Shown in pieces: positions 53,811-64,000 of a stretch of 64,000 nucleotides of DNA. The stretch comes from Octopus vulgaris (lineage: Eukaryota), in contig OX597821.1 of the NCBI GenBank assembly GCA_951406725.2, positions 63,116,001-63,180,000 of the forward strand, written 5' to 3'. The notes under the pieces were generated by a model. The model had not been told where the DNA came from. It saw nothing but the letters and a program-made list of their open reading frames with translations, and did not search any database. The translations under genes were made by a program, and so were the position numbers. Positions within the stretch are counted from its first letter, which is position 1, and every line of letters starts with the position of its first letter.

Positions 53811-54872
53811 CATCCTATAATAAACATAAGACTTGGTAAACACATTCCTGTTACTGATATAATTCGCTAAATATAAAAAAAAGAAAGCACGTTTGAAATC
53901 ATAAATGCTTATTGGATAAATCAATAGATTTTTAGGATGGTATCGCATTTATTATATATTTAAACATCATAAGTTGATAATGTCATGATAAAGCCTGCGA
54001 TAGCAGGATATCGAACAGTGTGGTATTAAACTAAGAAAATGAGCCGTCTAGCTGTACTGGCAGTGGGTATATATACTGAATATGCGTATCGATTACTGAT
54101 TGATTCATATTCTCATTGTTATACAAATTTAGACATTCATATTAACTTGCTAACAATGGATAGAAGTCAAAATCAGTGTTTCCAACATCCTTAAATGGTC
54201 ATTATGACTAACCGATCCATCGTGCTATTAATATAACTGCACATATGTCTGCTCGTATTAAGTCAAAATATTTATTGTTGAAGAACACCCGAAATGTCAG
54301 TAAACTTTATACCATGTCAAGTATTTTAATACAGAAATGTTAGCGATATGAATGATGGGAGAATAATAAACAGATTAGGTATCGTTAATGGCTTTCCTGA
54401 AATACTAGATCACAACTTAGATTTATTTATATATTTACTTTTCTGTCTTTAAATGCGTGATTTTTTAAAGCCAAAGTTGGCATACTATTTTTATTTTTTC
54501 CATGGAAAGCTTGGATCAGACATATGATCAAAGGCAAGCTAGCCTTAATCACGCCACAGATTAAACGCACCCAGGACTATGTTACATAATGTCTCTTTTA
54601 TAAAAGTGTTAGATTTGAGTGAAATCGTCAACTGTTTTATTGTTAGCTCATATTTATAGACTGATTTAATTGTAAATGTACTCATTTTATAAGTTCATTA
54701 AAATATGAGGATATGTCATATGATAGAATCTTAGCGGCATTATACTGTATACAAAAATTATTCCTTAGAAATAACTTCAATAATTTTTATAATTCCATAC
54801 ATTTATTTGATTTATTTCACTCACTAGTTATTCGACAAATAGATTTTTGTCATATACATGTGTGTATGTATG

Positions 54873-54905
<33 letters not shown>

Positions 54906-54990
54906 TTCGAAACAAAACCACTATTTTGCAAAACAAACAAGGAAAGACTTAATCAATACATAAAAATTTTTAATATAAAGAAATAAACCG

Positions 54991-55033
54991 CCACTACAAT
55001 CGTTTCAGGTCTTCAATGACATTCGTCAGGTGG
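54991..55033 (-). ncRNA. Type I hammerhead ribozyme (intact core)
   Basis: CCAC-CTGACGA-ATGTC attgaa GACCT-GAAA-CGATTG-TA-GTGG. Confidence 0.75.
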
Positions 55034-55173
55034 ATTTTCGATCTCCTAATATATATATATATATATATACCGGAGTAAACACATAAATGTGAAACAAGGT
55101 GGAAAAAGTGTACTCAAATACCAGGAGTAGAGTAATATGCTTTATTTCAAAGAAGCAGAAAATTCAACAAAAC

Positions 55174-55211
55174 CTGTTACTCTGAGTTTCACGTTTTCGT
55201 TCGTCGGACAG
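55174..55211 (-). ncRNA. Minimal type I hammerhead (one core substitution) inside a fold-back
   Basis: CTGT-CCGACGA-ACG aaaa CGT-GAAA-CTCAGAG-TA-ACAG; flanked by inverted arms ~55136-55184 and 55209-55251. Confidence 0.7.
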
Positions 55212-55247
55212 AGTAACGGGTTTTGTTTTCTGCTGCTTTGAAATAAA

Positions 55248-55286
<39 letters not shown>

Positions 55287-55339
55287 TGTATGGCTGATTA
55301 GATCGATTGGAACACTCATCGTTGTAACCGATGGACTGC

Positions 55340-55386
<47 letters not shown>

Positions 55387-55391
<5 letters not shown>

Positions 55392-56050
55392 CGAGGTAAC
55401 CAAAAGCAACTGGTAACGTTTTCTGTGGGCCAAACCCGTTGTAGATCAGACTTCTACCACTAGAAGCCACTTGATGCAACCCCCACCTATAGACTGCCGA
55501 CAGGCGTCGTCGGATGAAGTCGTACTTCCACATGGTGCGTCTTTGTTTTGCAGTGCTTCTCCCTTGTTCGTCGATTTTTGCGAGGGCTAAAACGAAGGAA
55601 GAACGTGTTTCCGTGAAATTTTGTTTTCTGCAGCAGGGAAAACGGCCGCCGAAACAGTTGCCACCCTTCAAGTAGTTTGCAAGGACGCTGCCATGAGCAA
55701 AATACAAGTTTACGAGTGGTTTCAACGCTTTAGATATGGTCGTTTGTCTCTTGAAGACCAACCTCGCTCAGGATGACCTTCGACCTGCCGAACGAATGAA
55801 AACATGAAAATTCATGAGCTGATCTTGGAGGATTGTCACTGAACAGCCGACAAACTTGTTGATGCTCATATGACTGGTGCCTTGGAGCTCTTGCCAACGA
55901 ATTGTATTTTTTATGCGAAATATTGCGAATGAAATGAGCTGCAGCAAAATTTGTGTCTCGCTTGCTCACGGAAGATCAAAAACAGTCACGACTGAATGCG
56001 TGGTGTGGACTGAAAGAATAGTTGGAAGTTGATGTGGAAAAGGTGGAAGA
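55387..56050 (+). mobile_element. mariner transposon 5' half (decayed transposase HTH region)
   Basis: EERVSVKFCFL..GKTAAETVATLQVVCKDAAMSKIQVYEWFQRFRYGRLSLEDQPRSG*PST...AAKFVSRLLTEDQKQSRL (WVPHEL-equivalent). Confidence 0.88.
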
Positions 56051-57326
56051 GGTTAAGAAAAATCCTATCAAATCCACCATTGCCAGTACAAATGCATGGT
56101 GCACTACACGTCAGGTGTTTTCAGTAATCATAGAACAACTTACAATGAAATGCTTTGCTCAGTAGCCCAATGCACCACCTGGTCCGGGGTTCGAAAACAC
56201 GAGATCCTCACAACACTCTTATTATTTGACCACGCACTTTGGTTAAGCGAATTGTTTGTGTGGGTGTGTGTGTGTGTGCCTGCGTGCATGGCGTTTATGC
56301 AATTATATATGTATGCAAGTATGTATGTATGTATGTATGTATGTATATATATAAGTATGTATGCATACATGTCTGTATGAACGCTTATAATAATATTATT
56401 ACGTACACATATTGCGATGAAGTTAATTTCAAATTGCTTAGTCTCCAGTGGATATATATTATGTTTTAAGAGAATCGTGATAGGGCAATTCGAAATAGAG
56501 GGGCGTTTCTTTATTGCATTTGTAAGACACATTTGTTTTCCTTGTAACGCTATTATGGCTTCATAGTGTGTTTTGTTGATACCTTCTAGAGATTTCACAC
56601 ATGACATATATAAATGTGCTTTTAAAATTGAAAAGCTCTTTGATTTATACAGATTTCTAACTGCGTCTTCTAAGTTGCATAATTTTACTTTAAACCACTA
56701 AGGAAATATCTGATTAATTAGTGCATAGTCACAAAAGTTTCCAGCTAATGAAACTAGTCGGTTTGAAATATGAATTTTCACCGACTGGGATTTGAAAACA
56801 GAATACAGAGACGTAAAATCAAATTGTGAAAGCTATTTAAATACCAAGTTTTGACAGATTTCATGCATTTTAATTTAATAGATCTATTAAAATATTGAAA
56901 TATATTTTATGTAATATTAACATTATGGAACTAAAATATTTACGTTTACTATTTCTTTTAAGTTTATTTCTAAGAGTAAATATTTATTAAGAGACTATCA
57001 ATATTTTCTCTTAGATAACATATAATATGATTTATATTGAAATACTAAAAGTTACTCATATACTAAATTTAAATATTTGCAAACATCTGTTTCAAGAGTA
57101 AATAGGCAAGGTGCCTAAACTAAATAATTTGCAACACAAAATTCTATAAACCGTCAACTCCTATAAAAGAACCGATTTGTAAATTTTATTATGTAACTTG
57201 TGTTGTTCATTTGTTATTTGGTGCCATAAACTAGTGGTTAGATAGAGAATTAGGTATAAAATAATAGGATGTAATATTATAGGCTTTTCCGTTTTATGCT
57301 TTCCATACAGGGTTTTCAGTTAGTGT

Positions 57327-57374
57327 CAATAAGATAACAGCGTACCTTGAATATGGTACGCTGTTATCTTATTG
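57327..57374. repeat. Perfect 20-bp inverted repeat with an 8-nt loop
   Basis: caataagataacagcgtacc-ttgaatat-ggtacgctgttatcttattg. Confidence 0.95.
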
Positions 57375-59480
57375 GCCCGGGTGGCCCGGATGTGCAGGAT
57401 TTAAGAAACTGTGTTAATAACGAATTGAAATTGAATGCATTTAGTTATTTTATGCTCCTTACAAAATATACCAGCCTAGTAATGGTAACTAATGCAACGA
57501 CATAACATTGTAAAGAGGTTTGTCTTCAATGTTGGGAGCGATGCAAGTCTTTATCTAATAGTACTGCAGACGTAGGTAATGTCATGTTTATCCGTTATTT
57601 GTAAAGTGGATCATTTTAGAAATAGAATGGAGAAGCTGCTCTGCGTTTAGGCAGATATTTTGGAGCAATACTTTAGAAACATCCGATCATTAGTAACCTA
57701 ATTTCACCCGAATAAACACTTAATTTGTACTGCAGCACTACGTGGTAAATAATCTCTCATCACGCATTTCATTTCTAGTGTACCCATAAACATTTTCTTT
57801 TGAAGTGTGCTTATAATCTTCTGCTATTGTTGTGGGGAATTTTCTATATATTTTTAAATGCGTGTTTCATTTCTGGTAAGACACGCATGGAAGCTGTTAA
57901 TCGATATTTTCTTAATAACTGACGTGTTTATTAAATAAAATTAGTATTTTATAATTTTTTTTAATAATTCCAATATTATTTCTATCCGCATGGACAGATA
58001 ATTTTCGAACTAAATGGGGAAATATCTGAATGGGTAAGATATGAGATGTTTGCTTGTAGGTTATACATTTTGTATGTTTATGTTGTTATTGTTGCTTTTG
58101 AATGATTCTTTTGAAAAAACATTAAATCAATAAACAACCCAGAAAATGCAAACGTTTTAGATGTTTTCAAACTACTTGAGCGGAATTATCGCAAATATGA
58201 GTGAGCTTCTTATGAATAAAAGCAGATGAGAAATTTACAGTAGTGAAAAGATCTTATTTGTAAAGGACACTCGAAGTTCTAAGCCAGCTGAGGCAGGTGC
58301 CAACGTAAGAATTGAGCTGTAAACAGAGCAATATAGTTTTATTTATACATTAATGTATTTGATTTAGCGTTTTATATTCTGATATGTATAATGTGAATGC
58401 GATGATTTTATTTATGGCATTAGAATTCGAAAAATTCCTTCTTTAATGCATTTCCTTTATTATTTAATTTCTGGAATATGGTGATAAAATTTCGACATAT
58501 GTTCATGTATAAAGCTCGATGTTTATAGCAAATATACGGCGTATCATCCGCTCTCAAATAAATTCTGTAAATGTGTACATATTTCTTTGCCAAGTATATA
58601 TTATTCATGTAAGAATGTAGTAAGCATAAGGTTAAAAGTACAGGAAATCTCTTAGAGACATCAATAGAAATGCTAAGTTGGAAATTTTCCTCAATTCGGA
58701 TTACCGAGAAACATTACCATGAATCCATCAAAATAGATATAAAACATCTTACGAATAGATTTGAAATTTTGCTTTCAATGCCATTAAGGGCAACTTAGGC
58801 CAAATACAAAATTTAGAAAATAAAATGAAACATGGATTTTATGTTTGTGATGAAAAGTAAAACAAAATATAAATTTTACTTTTCAAACCGGCAATATAAT
58901 TATGTGCAAGAACAGCACTGCAAAGTGACAGGGTGTGGGGAGAAAAATAAGATTATTCAGGTTAACAGTACGTTTCTTAATTGCTTTTTTAAAGGTTTAA
59001 CTTGCAAAAGCATGTGAATGTTAAAGCTAGATCGCATGCAAACCTCATCGATTTATATATTTTTGACTCTGTAATTGTGTTTAGTCTCGGGCCAGCCTCC
59101 TTGACGAGACCTAAGCAAAGACATTACACAAGTGACCTTTACTGCTTCCTTTTACTTGGAAATAGTCCAACTACGACGAAATAATTAAATGTGACTTTCT
59201 TATCTACATCGCTAAGGTATCAAATTCGATGTGTTTGTAGTTCATTGTTGGGTGGCTATGCACAAACAGCATGAAAACACGATTATCTTCTTATATTATT
59301 TTAAAATTTCACTCAGAATTCGATACATAACTACTAGAGACTTTGTAGCTGTTACATGACGGAACAGAAAACGAATTGTTATTTTATTTAATATTATTTT
59401 TTTTCAAGGTATGACTGAACTATGCTATTATGTAATAATTCTCTCTCTCGCTCTGTCTCTCTTGCTCTTCCTCCATATGT

Positions 59481-59528
<48 letters not shown>

Positions 59529-59574
59529 CACTAAATTCACAATTTTTTTTCATTCTCTCTCTGGTTCTTTGCTC

Positions 59575-59705
59575 GTGTTCCTTTCTGTTGAAGAGCGTAG
59601 ACTCGAAACGTATAAGACTTTCTCACCTTCCCGAGCATCAAACTAATACACCTGCTTTTTGTTTATACACCTGTCTTTGTCTTTTGTTTTTCTGTAAATT
59701 TCAAC
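59575..59705 (+). repeat. Dispersed repeat with hammerhead-like core (copy 2)
   Basis: gtgttcctttctgttgaagagcgtagactcgaaacgtataagactttctcaccttcccgagc, homologous to 5095-5245. Confidence 0.6.
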
Positions 59706-59780
59706 TGTGTGTAAGTGTGCGCGCTTATAGATAGGTATATTCATGTTATATATATATATCTATATATATATATATAGCAT

Positions 59781-59830
<50 letters not shown>

Positions 59831-60343
59831 AGACACACACATACGCACACACACTCATGTATATATGATGTCACATAGGCAGGTTAGTAATTACAATTCG
59901 TATACCTATATTGCGTGTGTATATTTTTATTTCACATTTATAATCTTTATTTTTGTATAAAGGATTTGAGAAATAGAGAACAGCTGTCTAATATATTAAT
60001 TAGTGTATTCGTTCCTATTTATTACATGCCAATTCGTTTTTTTTTTCTCATTTAGCATATCGGTGATCACATCAGTTTGGAATATATATTTTCTCAAAAA
60101 TGTAACCACAAATAGGGGCACGCACACACACACACACACACAGAAATCTCTCTATCTATCTACTAATATATTCATTTGTCTGCCTCTCTCTCAGTCTCTC
60201 TGTCTTTCTCTCTCTGAGTCTCTCTCTCGCTGTGTCTCTATCCCCGTGTGCATGTGTGTGTGTCTACATATACATGTATATATATTTCCGAGTTTGGGGC
60301 AACAGTAGATTTTATAGATACTCCTGGCATTTCCTCGATGACT

Positions 60344-60896
60344 CACGGTTGTAAGCGCCGTTCGCTATTAGTTCAATTTGACCTCAGAAACTACAGAATT
60401 AAAATCTGAAATGCATTTGTCAGGATAATTATTTTAACGAATAAAATGTTAAAACCACCTAATTCTGAAGTAATATTTCAGTGAAACACTATATTTATTT
60501 CCAACATCTGTAAAAATACTGTGAACTACTCCTGATCTGTTACAAATGCTTGTCTATTCCTGCTCCCTCCCTTACCTAAGTACTACTTGTTCTAAGTGAC
60601 CTACTGGTCAATCTTAAATTCAGGTAGCTATTATTCTCTCATTATTACCTTGATTTTCCTATCTATTTCGAAAAGGTATAAACCTCTACCACCTACCTTA
60701 TTTTATTTAGTATTTGTCTCCTTTTAAAATCACGCCGTTCTTCTTTATCATCGTTTTATTGTAGAAGACACACGGGTGTAAGCGTCATTTGCTATTGGCT
60801 CGATTTGACCTCAGAAACTACGGAACTGAAAGTTACATAACTAAAAACTGAAATATATTTCTCAGGATAATTATTTTAACGATTAAAATGTTACAA
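60344..60896 (+). repeat. Local direct duplication (~110-125 bp units at 60344-60453 and 60771-60896)
   Basis: cacggttgtaagcg..atttgacctcagaaactac..tcaggataattattttaacga occurs twice. Confidence 0.85.
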
Positions 60897-61128
60897 AGCG
60901 GCGAGGTGGCAGGAACGTTAGCACGCCGGGCGAAATGTGTAGCCGTATTTCGTCTGCCGTTACGTTCTGTGTTCAAATTCCGCCGAGGACGACTTTGCTT
61001 CTCATCCTTTCGGGGTCGATTAAATAAGTACCAGTTACGCACTGGGGTAGATATAATCAACTTAATCCGTTTGTCTGTCCTTGTTTGTCCTCTCTATGTT
61101 TAACCCCTTGTGGGTAGTAAAGAAATAG
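60897..61128 (+). mobile_element. SINE family A
   Basis: Full-length match to 38061-38293. Confidence 0.9.
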
Positions 61129-61134
61129 AAATAG

Positions 61135-61300
61135 GTATTTCGTCTGCCGTTACGTTCATAGTTCAAATTCCGCCGCATTCGACTTTGCCTTTCATCCTTT
61201 CGGAATCGATAAATTAAGTACCAGTGAAGCACTTGGGTCGATGTAAACGACTAGTTCTCACCCCTAATTTTCAAGCCTTGCACCTATAGTAGAAATGATT
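61135..61300 (+). mobile_element. SINE family A, 5'-truncated tandem copy
   Basis: gtatttcgtctgccgttacgttc..gcctttcatcctttcggaatcgataaattaagtaccag. Confidence 0.8.
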
Positions 61301-61451
61301 ATCATCCTTATCACTATCCTTATCTTTTCCTATTTTCTTTTTACTCTCTTCTTTAAATAGATATCTCATGGACTACGCTGAATTAGTCGAAAGAAAAGTA
61401 GACTAAATATATCGTAGCCTATTGAGAACCCTTACATTTTAGAATTAAAAG

Positions 61452-61519
<68 letters not shown>

Positions 61520-61667
61520 CTAGCAGTATAACCCGGCTTTTCCCGGGGATTAAGTTAGGATCATTAAGCTAATCAAGTTCTTTATTTCAAACCAAACTAA
61601 GTAACATCGACGTCAAATTTGGGTGAAATCCGTTAAATCAGACACACATACACACATACACACACAC

Positions 61668-61715
<48 letters not shown>

Positions 61716-62119
61716 CGTACGTACATACAACTATTGCATACATGTTTTTTGTACGCATACATGTTTGTGTGTGAGCGTGTGTGTTGCCCGTATATCAACA
61801 AAACACTTTTTTCCTCGATGGAGAAAAACGACAAAAATCTTAACAAAAACTTACTCATCGTTAAACGGGATTTAACTCCTGTTTGCAAACAATGGCGATT
61901 TCTCCGACTTGAAAATTGTTAAAAGTTTTGGTTCAAAGTTTATTTTTACTGCTATTCACTGGTGCCACTGGGAAAATTAAATTGACGAAAATACAAGTAG
62001 GGGCATGAGGAATGTCCTCCTAAAACTGGAGCGACATGCGTGCTAAGTTGTGGAAGCGCATAAATTATATTCACGCGCACACATACACACACACACACAT
62101 CCTGTCTTTTATATATAGA
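61520..62119 (-). mobile_element. Complete non-autonomous Helitron (600 bp)
   Basis: Minus strand A|TCTATATATAAAAG ... ccccgggaaaagccgggttatactgCTAG|T: 5' TC, 3' GC hairpin plus CTAG, A/T insertion site, no TSD. Confidence 0.85.
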
Positions 62120-62165
62120 TTATATAGTAATTAATTAACTTCTACGCTTACTGAATTTGACATAC

Positions 62166-62248
62166 TTAGGTCTACTGTAGGTTTGCTTCAAGAGGTACTA
62201 GAGTGACGCCTGTTACCTCTTGAAGCAGAACTACAGCGTTAGGCTGAA
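62166..62248. ncRNA. Candidate pre-miRNA-like hairpin
   Basis: 23-bp upper stem 62175-62197/62214-62236 (14 bp perfect, one G-U, one mismatch), 16-nt loop, imperfect basal stem; no expression evidence. Confidence 0.35.
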
Positions 62249-62350
62249 ATTTCAGTCAGTAACCATGCAATTAACTTAATTTCAACTGAATGATTCAGCG
62301 ATATTTATTCATGATTTAATATAGCACCTGGGGAAAGATTTCGTTGAATA

Positions 62351-62532
62351 AGGCGCAGAAGTGGCTGTGTGGTAAGCAGCTTGCTAACCAACCACCCAAC
62401 CACATGGTTCCGGTTTCACTCCCACTGTGTGGCACCTTCGGCAAGTGTCTTCTACTATAGCCTCAGGCCGACCAAAGCCTTGTCAGTGAATTTGGTAGAT
62501 GGAAACTGAAAGAAGCCCGTATATATAAATAA

Positions 62533-62575
<43 letters not shown>

Positions 62576-62785
62576 GTGTGTGTGTTTGTCTCACACCTCC
62601 CCAGCATCGCTTCACAACTGATGGTGGTGTGTTTATGCCACCGTAACTTAGCGTTTCGGCAAAAGAAACCGATAGAGTAAGTATTAGGCTTACAAAGAGT
62701 AAGTCCTGGGGCGGATTTGCTCAGCTGAAGGATGTGCTCCAGCATGGCCGCAGTCAAATGACTGAAACAAACAAAAGAAAAAATA
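62351..62785 (+). mobile_element. tRNA-derived SINE family C, full length
   Basis: aggcgcagaagtggctgtgtggtaag (box A)..ggttccggtttcactccc (box B)..caccttcggcaagtgtctt (CORE-like)..internal (TA)n(TG)n..actgaaacaaacaaaagaaaaaa. Confidence 0.92.
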
Positions 62786-63710
62786 ACAGAAATAAGTATC
62801 TATATAAACGTTGGAGCAGCTCCACATAACTTTATCACATTATATCATGTATACCTGAGTATTCTATGGCCAAAAAGGACAAAAATATTCAATGGTATGT
62901 TCATCAAAATCATTCGTGCCTTCCATCATACGTTTGCTCACGTTTCTTAAATGAGTGATAAATTAGCGTTTAACGTGAATGATGTCTACATTAGCAACAA
63001 CGTATTAAAACTGAGTTAATAAGACATAATCCGTGACTACAATATACGTGAATACTACGGTCAAACACTATAGCTATTCATATATATATATGCATTCTAA
63101 CAGAAATATATAAATATTTAGAACAACTAAATACTGATAGATTACAGAATTAGAAATGTCTAGGACCAGTGCCTATGACAGGTGGCTGCAACATAGAGTT
63201 GGGCGACTTGTTTAAATTTTATGGAGGATAGAAATAGAAAACGTCATTCTATCTGCCACACATTGTAATGTATATTATGGTTGGTGTTTTGTGTATTTGA
63301 TAAGCTGAAGAAAGAAAGGAGGTTGTTTGAACAAAGATGACAGAGAAACTTTATACACAACGCACTTTCCTAAATACCAGTCAGTCCTCCTCAATTATTA
63401 ATGAAAAATCCATAGAGTTCAGGTGATACGTAAATTATACTGTAGATGGTGGTTAAGGAATTTAGAAGTTTTCCAGTTAAAAGCCCCTTCTTTTCATTTA
63501 TAATGCATGAGGCTTTGCAAAGATTGAGTTTCGCGTAGATTAGAAATTTGAGATTAGTTCACTCTTACGAATTGAAACCTCAAATATGCATCTGATCAAG
63601 ACACTGTATAAGCCAAGGTCAACATTTTTAGAAAAAAACTTGCAAGCAGCTGTTGCTTACTCTTCTCATTCCATATTTTTGCTTATCTAAGACTATATTG
63701 TCCAATGGTC

Positions 63711-63770
63711 ATATTTTCTAATTAAGACAGTAGATAGATACTAATATTTTCTAATTAAGACAGTGGATAG
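63711..63770 (+). repeat. 33-bp period tandem duplication
   Basis: atattttctaattaagacagt(a/g)gatag at 63711 and 63744. Confidence 0.9.
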
Positions 63771-64000
63771 TAGATAGAACGAAAGTTGATGCAAGTTCTG
63801 GTAAGGTTCCAGACATAGTATCTTGCAACAATTTTTGCCTCTAAACTATGCAACTCAAGAAGAATCCGAAATAAGGAAATGCATTTACCAAAATGAAATC
63901 CATTTTTTATTTATTCTTTAGTGAGAATACTTCTACGTAGAGGCTCGTGTTATTATAAATAGAAGTCATATTCCCTTCAAATCACAATATACAACCTTAA

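Noticed and set aside
57500-58310. Cluster of plus-strand GTAAG/GTGAG donor-like words
   Set aside because: No coherent reading frame could be assembled; such words are common in AT-rich DNA
60344-63770. Spaced direct repeats considered as CRISPR-like
   Set aside because: Only two units each, eukaryotic context, no repeat-spacer periodicity and no cas genes

Overview
AT-rich eukaryotic DNA dense in microsatellites and transposon debris. The SINE, Penelope-like, Helitron and mariner content is typical of an Octopus (coleoid cephalopod) intergenic or intronic region; this assignment is pattern recognition, not a database result. No host protein-coding gene can be called with confidence, and almost all supplied ORFs are microsatellite translations. 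Supported features: a decayed Helitron Pif1 helicase with its 3' terminus, a complete 600-bp non-autonomous Helitron, several internally deleted mariners, three tRNA-derived SINE groups (three copies with visible TSDs), and Penelope-like element (PLE) remnants with type I hammerhead ribozymes. Top observations: (1) a Naiad-type PLE at about 25.45-27.2 kb carries TGA codons at three conserved cysteine positions of its Zn-finger/GIY-YIG region, and a second copy at about 14.8 kb has one more, matching the selenocysteine signature reported for Naiad PLEs; (2) several unrelated hammerhead-bearing ends, some as fold-back pairs, abut (TA)n tracts; (3) a pre-miRNA-like hairpin at about 62.2 kb.
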